DNA of 64,000 nt from the human T2T-CHM13v2.0 reference genome, Homo sapiens, in the NCBI RefSeq assembly GCF_009914755.1, contig NC_060936.1. The stretch is one strand, 5' to 3'. The stretch's first letter is position 1; every line of letters starts with the position of its first letter. A program made the translations under genes and the position numbers. This document shows, piece by piece, positions 14,869-30,502 of this stretch. The notes under the pieces were generated by a model. That model was not told where the DNA came from. It was given only the letters and a program-made list of their open reading frames with translations, and did no database searches.

Positions 14869-15298
14869 CTAGGGGGAACAGGATGAGTATCTCCACATGA
14901 TGGGTTGGAGGTACCTGTGAGTCACATCCAGGTGGATGTGTCCTGTGGGCAGTGGGACGCGAGTCTGAAGCTCAGGCAAGAGGCTAGAGTTACATCTTTG
15001 GAGTCATCAGCCTAATGGAGGACTGTGGCATCCAGGTGCCAAAAGCTAGGGAAACGGCTCTGGAGAGAGAGGGGCTTTCTTAATTGACCTGTATGCTTTG
15101 AAGCTCTATAGAGACACAATCTTATCCCTTCAGGCCTGTATTTTCTTGGGCCACTAAGATGTGGTTACATATTTTCTCTCACATCTCCTAGAACGTTTGC
15201 AAAACAATTCCCAGTCCTATGATCATTTCTCCCTTCTTCTGAGAACTAATTATATATGGCACTTAATATCTATTCACATGTAGCACTCATGGTGAGGT

Positions 15299-15611
15299 GT
15301 TTTTTTTGTTTGTTTGTTTTTGTTTTTTTTTTTTTGAGACAGAGTCTTACTCTGTTGCCCAAGCTGGAGTACAATGGCACTATCTCGGCTCACTGCAAAC
15401 TCCGCCTCTAGGGTTCAAGCGATTCTCCTGTCTCAGCCTCCTGAAAGGCTGCGATTACAGGTGCCCGCCACCACACCCCGCTAATATTTAGTAGAGACAG
15501 GGTTTCACCATGTTGGTCAGGCTGGTTTTGAACTCCTGACCTCAAGGTGATCCGCCCACCTTGGCCTCCCAAAGTGCTGGGATTACAAGGTGTGAGCCAC
15601 TGCTCCTGGCC
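15299..15611 (-). mobile_element. Alu (AluS-like)
   Basis: Alu consensus. Confidence 0.92.
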
Positions 15612-16015
15612 TTATGGTGAAGTCTTGTATGTAGAAGATCAATAAATGTTCATCTTCATTGCTTATATTCATCCGGTTCTCTGTATACAAAATGATCTTC
15701 TTTTTGCAGGCATTTTTTTGCTTCTCAAGTTTTAACTTCTTACACATTTTAAGACTACTTCAAGATTAATTTGAGTGTAAATGAGCAGTACTTGTTAGGT
15801 AAGTGTCTTCCATTCACCGTCAAGACTGAATCATTCTTTTCATTATCACCACATATTGCTTATTGTGGAATTTGGAAACATCCATTTCTCTTCTTCAGGA
15901 AGATCGTGGAGTTTCTCCAGTCAAGGTCCCACTAGAGTGAGTTAGGGTTGCAGTAACCTGGAGTGAGCAATCCCTGATTCCAGGTGGTGATGTGGGTTGA
16001 GTTTCACATTTTACT

Positions 16016-16258
16016 TTATTTGAAGAATATGTGCAAAAGACTCACTAAAAATAAGAACAAACTAGGCTTTGTTGCAGCTGAGTGGTCTGGCAAATTTCTG
16101 TATAGAGGAATCATTGGGCATGAAGGATTTGATACTGGGATAGAATCCAATTGCCCTTGGAATGGAAGTAGAATATCCTTTTTAAGAGCACTGAAGTTCT
16201 GGGATTTCTCCGGAATAATCACCTTTGTGATGTGTGGATCATGTCCAGGGACTGTAAC
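16016..16258 (-). CDS. CPM: Carboxypeptidase M, last exon (exon 9) coding part: end of transthyretin-like domain + GPI-anchor signal
   Basis: [13 protein letters not shown]...[26 protein letters not shown]; acceptor ttcttctcAG at 16259-16260; TAA at 16016-16018; 243 nt. Confidence 0.98.
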   Translation of the reverse strand, partial: VTVPGHDPHITKVIIPEKSQNFSALKKDILLPFQGQLDSIPVSNPSCPMIPLYRNLPDHSAATKPSLFLFLVSLLHIFFK

Positions 16259-16715
16259 CTGAGAAGAAACAAGAGACAATTATATGAGTGACTTAAGATG
16301 GTTCGTGGTGCCCACACTGAAAACACTGATATCCATCACTAAAATGTAGCCTTTGTGCAATGCATGTAACAATCTACCAGACCTCTGGGCCAGCAACAGA
16401 TTTGGTCCTGCAGGCTGAGTTATCCAATGCCTGTTGACAGAGACCAGCGTTGTGAATGCTGTTGCCAAGAATTACAAAATGAAATAAGGACAGATGGGTA
16501 CCTCATCTGGCAATGTAAGTCAAGAGAAGGAAGCAGCAGATGTTTCTGCCACCATCCTTTTCGTGGGGCAGAAGGGTAAAGAGATAACTCTTTCCCTTTG
16601 TCCCAAGTGTGTATTTAACATCCTCCTTGGATATCAAGATTATTTTCAAGTAGAATTATTTTCTCAACTTACTAATTTCTTTTCAGCTGACCTACAAGCC
16701 TATTGCTTCTTTTAA

Positions 16716-17041
<326 letters not shown>

Positions 17042-18501
17042 CTCCTTTAAAAGCTTTGATTTTACCTGGTTTTGTTCATATCAGCCTGAATCTTTGGTTA
17101 GGCTTTCTTTTTTTTTTTAGTGGAGGAAATGATCAGGACAAGACAAATGCTAAACTAACTACAGGCAATGTCTACTGAGAAATGCTTTTATTATATATGG
17201 TGGAGAAGGGAAAAAATGGGGAATGACATTTACATAACCACTCATTGGTATGTATTTTACACATTCATTTCAATGTCCAGAGTCTTACCTTCAAATATTA
17301 TCCTAGAACTAATATCTAGGGTCAATGTGTACTGTGTTAGTCTAACTAATGGGAAATGAACAATTCATAACTTTATTCTAAAGGTGTGGCTTATTTATGA
17401 GGTTGCATATAAGTTTAGATTCACTACAGGGAAAATCATATTTTTAAATAGAATAGAAATATCACAGTAAATAGGAGGAAAATAAAGGGCCTTTTTAGAC
17501 AAAGATTCACAGTGAGTTGAGATTTTTCAAGCTCTATCCATTTTCTCGGCAGGAGTAGAAATTCCTAAAAGGATTAGCAATTGATAAGCCTCACATCTAG
17601 GCACCTTGGGGAGAACCCATGGAGCATGGAGGCTCTGAATTCTATAGTTTTATAAACTAAAAACCATGTTTTTTCCATGATGTCCTCAAGATGAAATAAT
17701 AAAATACCAACTCAGTTTTCACTACAGAAGAGATGACTACCTTCTCCCAGGATTAGCTCTATATAGAATGACTGCTATGGTTGGCATAAGCCCCACTAAG
17801 CAAAATAGAAGAATCCTGAATTTCTCAGAGAAATTCACATCAAAGAGAAAGAGGCAAAATCTGGCCAACTATATCAATACTTATTCATTTAGTTCTTTCA
17901 CATAAATCCACTCAGGCTCAAATTAGTCCATGCCTTCCTGTCTTCGGATAAAATGACTCAGAAATATATATTTTATGGAATTAAAGACTGAAATTTTACT
18001 TGCATCGATGAAAAAAGGGCTGCAAAATATGTTTATCATTTGCTGAATATAGTGTTAAAATTTGTGGATCAGATTTCACTTATAAAATGAATTCTAAGGA
18101 ACTTTATCCAATTCATTTTTTATAGTAGAAAGTGTATGCCGTGGAATGGGTGTTGTGTCGTATCCTGGGAAACTATAAACTACCTTTGCTACATTGCTTA
18201 TTCTTTATTATTAATCGGGTTACATTTTAATCATAAAAGATATCACAAGAGATAGGATTTGGCTTCCATTTTTTAAAAATTGCCATCAGGGAAAAAATAT
18301 GAATTTTTGTGGTTTTTTTTTTTTTCATATAATTTCCACCTCTTCCACCTCCTGCCAATTGCAAGTCTGACACTATCCTTTCTTTCTGTCTCGATGGATC
18401 TACTTTTGAACTTCCTAGACTTATTTTGGATTCCTTCTGGGTGAATAAGTATTATGAGTTCTATAATATTTTAATAACAATAACTAGCATTGCATACTTA
18501 C

Positions 18502-18650
18502 ATTTATTATATAAGACCCAGGCAAGAGAAGGAGATAATACTCTCCATATTTGTTGGTTCTATAGGGGCAGATATGTTTTCTGTCTTGGACTTCCACAAT
18601 TACATTGGGTAATGGATTTCCATTCTGATCAAAAACTTGACCCTTTACAC
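18502..18650 (-). CDS. CPM: Carboxypeptidase M exon 8
   Basis: (G)[49 protein letters not shown]; cAG|...|GTAAGT; 149 nt, phase 1 to 0; not in the supplied ORF track. Confidence 0.98.
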
Positions 18651-20029
18651 CTGCAAGACAAAAATAAAATTAAATATTAATACCATATTTTATGGCATAT
18701 AAAAATTATTATAAATATTTAAGAACAATATATGCAATATTTATTAGCTAACTCAATGTTGTGAGTTAATATTAAGTGTTAGAGAGGGAAAAAACTTATT
18801 TTTGATGTAACTTAAAATACAGTCAAAATTACTAATCTGATTTATAGCTTAAATTTGTTCGTTGTTGAATAGCCCATTTATATTAGTACGTATTATCACA
18901 GTGAGAGAACACAGATGACAACCTAAGATCCATTCCTGTCACTTCCAAGTTATTTACTCAGTCACCAAACTGTACTACAACCATTGGTGGATTCCATAAA
19001 ATCCTAAATAAAAACGGTGTCAATGTATTGGTTACAACAAAATATTTACGTGTGCGAGGGACTCAATAGTTTTGTCTTGTAGTGCAACTACATGGGAAGC
19101 AAAATTATAATCACAAGGCTTCTTGGAAGCATGGAATCGATTGGCCAGTAACAGCAGCCAATATTTATTGAGCACTTAGTATATTCCAGGCTCTGTACTA
19201 ACTACCAAATGAGCATTTTCTCATTAAATTCTCATATCAGCTCTGTGTCATCAATTATTATCATGATTTTACAGATGAAAAAAACTAAGGCTCTGGCTTA
19301 TTAAAATAACCTCCTCAAACTCACACAGCCAACGAAGTGGCCCAGCCTAGCCGTCAACCCATGATAGTCTCGACAGCCCCTCTCAAAATTTCAGGAGTAC
19401 AATTTTTAAAAAGCCATTTATATTTTAAGACCTTTCTTATTTTAGATCCTACGTGTCACATCTAGTTTGTTTACTCCAGCGTCAAATCATATTACCTTAA
19501 GGTGAAGCTGCCTAAGTCCCCAATAACATAAATGAGAATGAAGAGCTACAATAGTAAGATGATCTTGAACTCTCCCCAAACAGTTATGCTCAATAATTAT
19601 TTATTAGGGCAGAAAAATACGAGGCACACGTAACAGTTTCCCCCAGAAACGGTTAAAGTGAAAAATAAAAATTTTGGCATTTAGCAAAACAATGTTTATC
19701 TTGAACTTCAACAAACTTCTATCTGACCTAGGTTGCCTTTTATTATACTTTCTGTCCTATTTAGTTCCTGACTCTTCATTTTTTGTCTCCTGAGGAGGAA
19801 AATGCCACATTTCCTTCTCCCTTTCTCTATACAACTGTGTAAACTTCTATTTTCACTTCGTGTGTTCCTCTTTGCCCTCTCTTTTTTAAACACAGTTCCA
19901 TTTATATTTATTCCTACTGCTTGATACATATCCTTTTGATGTTTAGGTAGTACCCAATCATAAATTGGTAATAATTTGGTAACCTGATTACGCATTTATT
20001 CCTTGGGTTTCAGTGGCATTATTTTGTTT

Positions 20030-20172
20030 TATTTAATTAATTAATTAACTTTTTGTAGAGATGGGGTTTCACCATGTTGCCCAGGCTTGTCTTGAACTCC
20101 TGGGCTCAAGCAATCCACCTGCCTAAGCTTCCCAAAGTGCTGGGATTACAGGTGTGAGGCACCACACTCAGC
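20030..20172 (-). mobile_element. Alu monomer (FLAM-like) with TSD caNtggcattattttg
   Basis: Left-arm consensus only. Confidence 0.85.
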
Positions 20173-20397
20173 TTCAATGGCATTATTTTGAAGAGCTATT
20201 TACACTGTGCCCCCCTTAGGAGGTCCTTTGATATGTGATAAATATAGCGTGTACCCATCATCATAGCTTGGTGTGACAGAAAGAACCTAGTCAGGTTTTG
20301 ATTTGAATTCTAGTTCTCAAGTCACTGAACATTCCCAAGCCTCAATTTTATCACCTATGAAATGGGGATAATATACCACCACCCAGGATGGTTGTGA

Positions 20398-20763
<366 letters not shown>

Positions 20764-21112
20764 TTTCTTTCCTTTCCTCTTATTTGGATTAAGAAAAACT
20801 ATGTGGTGTGGCGGGGGGAGAATATATTAGATGAATTTCTGGAGTCTTAATTCAACTTTGTTCCACAAAGCAGGAATATGTGAGGGAAGAAGCTATGCAT
20901 ATTATTTCCTTTTCCAGGGCTCTGAGCTAGTTTACAGTCTTCATGCCACTTAGAAAATCCATGCGTTTCAGCAAGGTAACTTGTGCTGGATGGTGTTGTG
21001 TCTGTTGGCATCTTTTGTATTTTTTGTTGACTTCCCCAAAACCAACCAAATCGAAGAAAATCAAGTGCATAAAAAATGAAGCAGAGCTATCATTGAAACT
21101 GACATTACACAA

Positions 21113-21405
21113 TTTTTTGTTTTTTTTTTTGAGATGGAATTTTGCTGTTGTTGCCCAGGCTGCAATGGCGCGATCTCAGCTCACCGCAACCTCTGCCTCC
21201 CGGGTTCAAGCAATCTCCTGCCTCAGCCTCCTAAGTAGCTGGGATTACAGGCATGCACCATCACGCCCATCTTATTTTGTATTTTTAGTAGAGACAGGGT
21301 TTCTCCATGTTGGTCAGGCTGGTCTTGAACTCCTGACCTCAAATGATCCGCCCGCCTCAGCCTCCCAAAGTGCTGGGATTACAGGCGTGAGCCATCGCGC
21401 CCGGC
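21113..21405 (-). mobile_element. Alu (AluS-like)
   Basis: Alu consensus; TSD acattacac. Confidence 0.92.
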
Positions 21406-21758
21406 TAACATTACACCATTCTTTAACATTGGAGATAATGATGAAATAGAATTCAGGGTACTAGTAATGAGTAGTTGGCAGAAGACACCAAAAAAAAAAA
21501 AAAAAAAAAGAAAAGTCATGGTACCCTTTAAAAAAAGGCAGCAAATTTCTTCTTGGCTAGAAGCAGTTACACTTTAATAGAACAGATTTGACTTTTTTGA
21601 CAGTCACATGACAGTGATTTTGGATGGCCTCAGGGACTTGAACAACACCTACGTATCAGTGTGTGCTGCAGCTGAATCAAGGCTCCAGTCAACCTGCGGT
21701 CTGCCTACCCTCAAAGATAGAAAAAGGAAGAACAATTTGCATTTGAAGAAGTGTCTGA

Positions 21759-22121
<363 letters not shown>

Positions 22122-23604
22122 TAAACCTAAAGATGGTTCTTCCAGCTATGGAAGCCTGGGGTATGCGAATATCACTGTTACTGGGCAAACACAGACCATG
22201 CTTATGTATGGAATTTATATTCAAAGGAAAACCCCTCCCACCAGCCAAATAAAAGCGTGCTTTAGCTTGTATATGTCTTTACAATATTTTGTCTACATAC
22301 CACCAAACCTTTTACTTAAGAGGGAAGTAATTGTTTTACCAGAAAATGTGATTTATTTCTATATGCTGAAGTTGAAACATTGAAAAAAAGACTGGTAGAC
22401 CCTAAGAGACGCAGAGAGAGCCAACACTATATTAAAAAAAAAAAAAGGAAAATTTGAAAAATGCTCAGATACAATACAAATGAGAAGACATAAAATCTGA
22501 GATATAAATTCTGTGGCCAGATGGGGAGATACATGGGAGAAATGTAAAGCTCTTTTTCCCTTGGAAATGGATTAGAGCTTCATGAATGAAAAGTCTTGGC
22601 TGGGCAAGCACTAGAATTCTGCATCTGTTGGCCACAATTTAGAGTCGGAGCTGGGACAGTACTTAGGAGACTGCTTGTTTGTGCCCATGTCCCCACCGCA
22701 TGGTCACAGTTGCCTCCTATTTTGGATGTGATAACAGATCCACATCTGTGGCTCACAGGCTTCTGGAACTCAGCACATACCAGATTCTTTTATGCCCAGG
22801 TTGCTTAGGTTTCTGGATGCTGTGAGCCATTCCCTTGCTCTCTAGGTTCAGATCTGCTTTGAGGAGTCCAGGGGAAAGACAGGGCCGCAGCAGGCAGGTA
22901 ACACCGTGTCTGGCTCATCTTTGCTTCTCCTCAGAGACCGGGACAAGCAAGACATTTTAAGCCTCTAGAATTCAGACTTGCCCTCCTTTGCTACTTTGGT
23001 TTTAATGTCTGCCGACACCCTCATCTCAACTTGAACCTAGTAAATCATCCTCTAAGCAGGACAACACAGCACCAAGGGGCCCGAGTTTCAGTTGAGGTCT
23101 GCAGTGAGTTCTAATTGAAGGAATAACACCACTGAAGCCTTAGAACAGGCTGGTGGGAGGCAAGGCTGATGCTATTACTCTCAACTTTCTGTTGACTACA
23201 CTGAGATTCAGACAAGTGCTTGCTCAAGATTGCAAACATAGCCAGATGACAAAACAGCTTGGGCTCTACCTAAGCCTCTACCCTCTTGGCAAGGCCCTTC
23301 CACTAAAGCAGAAGGCCTTTCCTTCCCAGACAAGGTGGCTCAGAGACTTCCAGATGGGTCAAAACCTCAGAAACTCAGAAGCATCCTAGCAATTGGTAAA
23401 ATGGAACCAGTAAATGCAATGCAGTTTGACGAATATCAATAATGTCTTTAAACCAGAGCAATACCAATAAAGGGGTGTTTGCTGCCATTCTTCACAAACA
23501 AAATATTCATTAGTTTCTTATTGGGCACTAGTAGGGAGAGAACCTTTCTATTAAGTAGTAATAACCACACTGTATTGGTATTTTGAAATATGGTTTCATT
23601 ATTA

Positions 23605-24040
<436 letters not shown>

Positions 24041-24307
24041 CCTAGTGCAAATGGACTGGTAAGCCTTCCAAATTATTAAAAATAATAATAGGTATACTGC
24101 AATTTATATTGCCCTTTCCCTGGCAATATTACATCAACATGATACTTCAAAGCCCACCTTAATTCAGTGCTTGGTAAATAATCTTTACAGCTAGATTGAG
24201 GTTCTGAAAATAGTAGTGCAGTTACACAGAGCATATTTGATGTTCACTTGCACGCCCATACCCATGTTGATACTGGTGAAGAATGAATTTCAGAAAAGGA
24301 TAGGCAG

Positions 24308-24622
24308 AGCCAGTCACGGTGGCTCACACCTGGGATCCCAGCACTTTGGGAGGCTGAGGCAGAAGGATCGCTTGAGCCCAGGAGTTTGGGACTCACCTGG
24401 ACAACATAGCAAGATTCTGTCTCTATATAAAATTGTTTAAAAAATTAGCTGGATGTGGTGCTGTGCACCTGTAGTCCTACTTACTTGGGACACTGAGGCA
24501 GAAGGATCACTTGAGCCCAGGAGTTCAAGGTACAGTGGGCAATGACTGTGCCACTGTACTCCAGCCTGGGTGACAGAGTGAGACCCTGTCTCTAAAATGA
24601 TGATAATGATAATAATAGTAAT
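24308..24622 (+). mobile_element. AluJ-like with (ATG/AAT)n tail
   Basis: Alu consensus. Confidence 0.9.
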
Positions 24623-25181
24623 AGATTAACAAACTAAAGGATCAATAGAGGTAGAAATATAATAGAAATGTTAGACTAATACATGACATGCCTCATGAGG
24701 AAAATCTAGTGGAGAAAGAATTACCAGAATACTAAGCAAGAGAGAACCCAAGACAACGTTTGATGACATAATGAAGAAGGTGAAAGTCCCAATAATAAGT
24801 TTATAATCTTTATTAAGATGCTGGTGAGAAAGAACGATATTTCATAACATCCCCTATCACAGGGAGTCAACCTAGTCCATGAACGACTCAGCCAGTTAGA
24901 CATAGCCCTGTGAGTTTACCAGTAATCTTTGTGTACTTCTCTTCAGGTCAGGGGATGGAGGCTGGGGATACAGGTATGAAAGAGGGCAGGGGCATCCCTT
25001 TTAGGGATGTGTGCCGAGGAAGGGTCCTAATCATCCTTGCACTCAGCCCTCTGGCCCTGTGCTACCTTCCCTCATCCTTCTCCATCTTCTTTGTAGCAGG
25101 AGGAAAGCTTTGCTGTGAATCATGCAGAAAATTCCGGGAATTATGCAGTTATGCAGTAGGCCCATGCAGCAAACCTTTTCA

Positions 25182-25235
25182 ACACCCACACACACCCACA
25201 CACACACACACTCACACTCTCTCTCTCTCTCTCTC
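25182..25235. repeat. Compound (CA)n(CT)n microsatellite
   Basis: Direct observation. Confidence 0.9.
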
Positions 25236-25424
25236 CATGTGGTATCATAGCTATTATGCCAATTCCTGATATGTTTCTCTCCCCAAGCCATTCTGAATGG
25301 AGAAAGATAACTTCACCTCTGTAAATATAGAAGAGCCTTCCACACCTTGCCCAAAGAGACACCACCTGGTTAATAAACTTGAACTGTACAAGATTCCATC
25401 ATCATCTCTAGCAGTGTGTTTCTC

Positions 25425-25578
25425 TAGTGCAATGGCTTTCTAAGTATAGCCGCTGGACCAGCAGCATCAGCATCACGTGGTAAGGTGGTCCAAACAGAAA
25501 CTCCGGGTTGGGGCCTGGCAATCTGTTTTAGCAAGCGCTCCCGGTGAGTCCACTGCACGTTTGAAAGCTATCACTCTC
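25425..25578. mobile_element. MER5-like hAT DNA transposon remnant
   Basis: ggaccagcagcatcagcatcac...cagaaactccggg...gcaatctgttttagcaagc. Confidence 0.65.
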
Positions 25579-25902
25579 TGCCACATTTAGTCTGTCTATC
25601 TGTGATAAGGGCCAGCCAGCCTTCAGCAAACAGGCTGGCAAGATTTCTAGCACCAGGACATCTGGCAGAGTTCGGAGGTGAGAGGGGTTGAAGGTAATGG
25701 TGCTAGCTCACCACCCCAATTCTGGAAAAAATGCAAAGTGGTATGTCCAGTGTTCTCAGGGTCCTTGGTACTGCGTGGTGAGTGACAAGCAAACATAGTA
25801 TTTTTCTAAATGGGAGATGATGTAACAGAGTAGCAGCCTATTTTCCTGATATTTTGCCAGATTTCTAGATCATTCAACATGTAAAATTAGGGGGACTCTG
25901 GA

Positions 25903-26284
<382 letters not shown>

Positions 26285-26473
26285 TGAGTGGGCACTGCAT
26301 TTCTCACACACTGCAGATACTCATGCAGAGAGAATTCTTAACCATCAGATCTGGCACTGAAATGAGGCTATAACTACAAAGCATAAATAAAGGCTTGCGT
26401 TTAGTCAACCCAGAGGTCTTGCCAGATGCTCTATTTTGTATTAATAGGGAATTAATAAGAAAATTTTACAAAC

Positions 26474-26626
26474 CTAGGTGCACCTGCTTTATATATTCAA
26501 TTAATGAGGCTTTGTTATTATTCCAAAAGGATGGAAGCTTCTCCTCACGAGGATATTTACAGCATGACAGCTCCAACGTAATTTCAAAACACTGGGCCCA
26601 GATGTAGTTGTAATCTTGCATTCCAC
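26474..26626 (-). CDS. CPM: Carboxypeptidase M exon 7 (catalytic Glu in FEITLELS)
   Basis: (G)[50 protein letters not shown](G); tAG|...|GTTTGT; 153 nt, phase 1-1; not in the supplied ORF track. Confidence 0.98.
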
Positions 26627-27074
26627 CTAAACACAAGCATATTTAATTTTTGTTAGGGTCTAAAATTGGAGTGGAGCCAAGTATCACGTGCCTCGGGGAC
26701 AAATGAATCAGACAGCTACATGTAAACAGGAAAAAATGAATTTGACATATTAGCTTGTAAAATCAGGGCTTGACATTCTATTACCCAGGCGTGACTAGAC
26801 AATCCTAAATATTCCCATATGGGTAACTGGATCAGAGCTGATTGAAGTTCAACTGTGCATCAAAATTAAGTGACGGGTGAAGGAAGGGTCCTTTTTTGTT
26901 TTTATTTTTTGAAATCCTACATTACAAAAATGATTCTTTGAATTTCATTTCTTTCTTAAATTACATTTTACATGGATATAAGCTAGAATAAGATTCCTTT
27001 AAAATATTTCTACAAATCATTTATAAATACACTTACTAAGCAAAGCTAAGCATGCTAATTTGGGGGAATCATGG

Positions 27075-27235
27075 GCCAACATTCACTATTGCCAGGTACC
27101 ATATGAAGTGCTTTGTATCAGCTCATTTAATCCTCACAGCAATTGCCCCTACTTTACAGATGAGGAAACATGATCACAGATGTTAAAGAAAAGTGCTCAG
27201 GGGTTTTGGCCAGTAAATGACAGACACTGGAGTGC
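27075..27235 (-). mobile_element. MIR fragment
   Basis: ctcatttaatcctcacagc...tttacagatgaggaaac. Confidence 0.7.
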
Positions 27236-28544
27236 AGGCCACCTTCCGCCAGCATCTGTGGGCTTCCCCAATATGCCAGAGTGCTCCTGGGGATCAAAGA
27301 AAGAGTGCTGCACTGCCTCTCAGAGGTGAACGGCCCGGCCCCCTGTGGAGCCCAGGCTGCCACTGCTCATGCTGACTTTCCAGTTCTCTCCTCTGGTCCC
27401 TTACTTTCAAAGGGTTTGTTTTAAATAGCAAAACAGGCAGGCATTATGGATCCCTAGCAGATAGCCAGAACTGAGAATGCCAAGCGTGGAGGGGGCAGTT
27501 CTGGATAAGGCGGGTCAGGCCTGGCCAACAAAACATCCAGGCCAGGCCAGGCACATTCTTCTGGGCTCCTCAAGGCAGCTGGCTTCACCTGTTTTTTGTC
27601 TGAGAAGGATACACAGCTCACACACAGGCACACTGGGGAACAATTCCCAGCAGCAACCGTTTCTAGCTAATTTCCTACACATCTGGATTTGCCTTCGAAA
27701 GTTAGACAGTGAACATGAAGGACAGCTCTGCCACTGGACAGGATGGGCCCTTTCTTAGCTACAAATTGTGGAGAGCAGGGACGATGCAGAAGCCCTAAGG
27801 TAGGAGAGGGGGCTGTATCTTGGACACCAGAGAGAGGTTTGGAATGCTGCCTGGACCTGTTGCCTATCAGTTGTGGTCTATGCTTATTTATATTACCAGG
27901 AAAACTGACAGAGAGCCACCCAGGCATAAAAATACCAGCTTGTGAAAGATTACCTGAAAGCCTGTGCATCCAAAGTGACAATTAGGGAAGGCACCTTTGG
28001 AAGTGGCCTGCACGCAGAAATGCATGCCGCAACTTGCTGTTGGTGGGGTCAGGCTAACGAGTCTAAAAGGGAATGTTTTCCCCTGAGGCATGGAAATCCA
28101 GTTCCAGTCCGTCTCTCCTCCTGTCCTTCCACCCTAGGTCCCTCCTACCCCGGGTTTCTGTTTATATTATTCCCTCTAATAAGAATATCTCTCCTTCCAT
28201 GTTGCCTACATGACAATCTCATCCTGTCCCTTACCCGGCTGTCTTATTCCAAGATTGGAGAACTGGGGGCCCTCCTCCCACTGTATCCTGTCTGAAGAGC
28301 TCTTTTGTTGAGCCCGCAAAATGGCTTTAAAATCATGATACTTCATGTACAAATTCAGCTTCTCTTTACAAACTGCAAGATCTGGCAGTATTGGCTCCCC
28401 AAGGCTGCATGACAATAATTAGCTAGATCTAGTAGCAGCTGTCCCTGTTAGATGGGATGTAAGCATCACATTTCTCCAAGCTCTTCACTACTCCCTATTG
28501 TATTTTGGCTCTGTGCACCCTTGGGGTACACTGCACCTTCTCTA

Positions 28545-28697
28545 AATCTGTTTTTATTCTAATTGCACTGCTATCACAATTACTTATCTGCGTGTCTGTC
28601 TCCCCTATTCAACTCCAGGGTGAGGTGTGTGTCTTGTTCATCTTTCAGTTCCTGGCTCACAGTAGGCAGACACAGAATAAGTACCTGAATGAATGAA
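28545..28697 (+). mobile_element. L2 3' end fragment
   Basis: tgtctgtctcccct...cctggctcacagtaggc...tgaatgaatga. Confidence 0.6.
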
Positions 28698-28902
28698 GAA
28701 GGCCCTTGGTAATGAGGAACATGTCTGAGCATCTCTCAAACAATCAGTCATCTCCACTGCTCTTATGATATTAGCTGATAAGGACAGAGTGAAGGGCCTA
28801 TTGTGCCTAAAGTTCTTTTAACAACTGCTGGATCAAAATAAACCAGCTGGCACTTCTGGGTGAAGGCAATAAGGAGAATGGAAGAAATGAAGAGAAACTC
28901 AC

Positions 28903-29073
28903 CTTGGAGTGGATACCAAGAGTATCCATTTGTAACACCATTAGGAAAGTTCATTTTGTTTTTACACTCGTCTCCTTTCTTCATGTTGGGATTTCTTGAA
29001 GCATAGGTATGTGCAAGATATTGAAAAACATCATCATCAGGCGTTAAGCTTCGGGAGTATAATGCCCCAGTTG
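28903..29073 (-). CDS. CPM: Carboxypeptidase M exon 6
   Basis: (A)[56 protein letters not shown](G); cAG|...|GTGAGT; 171 nt, phase 1-1. Confidence 0.98.
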
Positions 29074-29793
29074 CTGCATTTAAAAGATGAACCAAGACCT
29101 TTAAACTGACTTGAGAGTAAGAGGAAACACAAACACCATATTAGCAAAGACATAATCGCATCACACACACATGCTCTAATTTCCCTAGAGAGAAATCCTT
29201 CATCCACCTCCTCTATTCTTCTTTCTACTTTATAATAAACATATGCAAGGTGATAGCCCCCAAATAAGTCAGATACAAATCCAAACTCCTAAATCAGCTT
29301 AAAAATTAAGTGTCCTCTCAGTCACTCTTGCTAATTTCTGGAGGTAAGGACAATTTCTTTAGGTATTATAGGGGTGAATAAAGCTACTGTAATATTTTGG
29401 GTCCTCATCCCACAGAGTTTTAAGAAGAGTCAACAATTATTGTTCATATATGATTAGCAAAAAAAAAAGTTGAGTTGTTCCAGTTTTATGTTATTTTAGC
29501 CATGTTGTCTCTTGTCAGAGAATCAAAATCTGACTATTTAGATTGTATTTTCTAGAATCTAAATTTCACTAATTCACTGATGCATGTCCAGCTGTGGGTT
29601 GTCAGTTCAGCCACACTGCCCATCTGCTGTTGAAGAATCACAGGAAGGATGGCTAGAGTTGGGAACATGAAGCTCTTTTCACCCTGCCAGAGAAGTTAAG
29701 AGGGGAAGGGAGAGCTGATCCCCATCCAGAGGCAGAGAGTTTTCAGCCCCACTCTGGACTTAAGAAGCCAGAACTGGACCCGCACCTGCTTAC

Positions 29794-29978
29794 CTTGAAC
29801 ACCATTATCAAATGGGTAACTGGCCACGAGGGCACCACCATGGAGGTTTGCAGAGAGGACAAACGTCTCTGTTTTCAGCCACTTCATGACTGCCACAGTT
29901 TCAGGCTGCCTTGAGACATTATTATATTCAAAAGCATCGGGGAAATTTCGATTCAAGTCATACTGGTTATAATTTTCC
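29794..29978 (-). CDS. CPM: Carboxypeptidase M exon 5 (DLNRNF substrate motif, Zn-ligand His in NLHGG)
   Basis: (R)[18 protein letters not shown]...[20 protein letters not shown]; aAG|...|GTAAGC; 185 nt. Confidence 0.98.
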
Positions 29979-30329
29979 CTTTAAAAGAAAGAATATTTTA
30001 GGGCTTATTGATAGGGCATGAGGGAGTGGATTCTTACAGTGTCTTGCCCTTTGGTTTAGGCTCCAGGTGTCTTTCCAAACGTGAGTATGGGTGTGGTGGA
30101 TGGCTGCCCTTGTGGCCTGCCATGACCCACACCTGGCACTTACATCCCATGGCATCCCCTGCCTCGTGATCTGCTCTCACCAATGAGATACTAGCTATTG
30201 TGATGCAGGCAGAGGTTTGATAAGTGTTTGTATTTGGGACTTCTGCTCTTAGATGCTCCCTTTTGGGACCTTGAGATCCCAATGGTCGCCACGTGGAGAG
30301 TCCACGGAGAGTCCATGGCTCCAGGTAAA

Positions 30330-30502
30330 TTGTCTCAGAAAGACCAGAGCTGAGCCCCAGACCTGTGGCACGGACAGTAGCCATCCCTGCTCTGCCCTGC
30401 CCAAATTCCTGACCTATGGAATCAACAGTAAATAAAAAGGCTGTTGCTTTAAGTCGCTAATTTTGGGGTGGTTCGTTAAGTAGCAACTGATAACAGAAAC
30501 AA
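30330..30502 (+). mobile_element. MLT1-like (ERVL-MaLR) LTR 3' fragment
   Basis: ccctgcccaaattcctgacc...aataaaa...tttaagtcgctaattttggggtggt...gcaactgataacagaaaca. Confidence 0.6.

Noticed and set aside
28763-29956. Supplied ORFs extending CPM exons 5 and 6 (..[10 protein letters not shown].., ..VQGKQVRV..)
   Set aside because: Read-through past canonical GT donors into introns.
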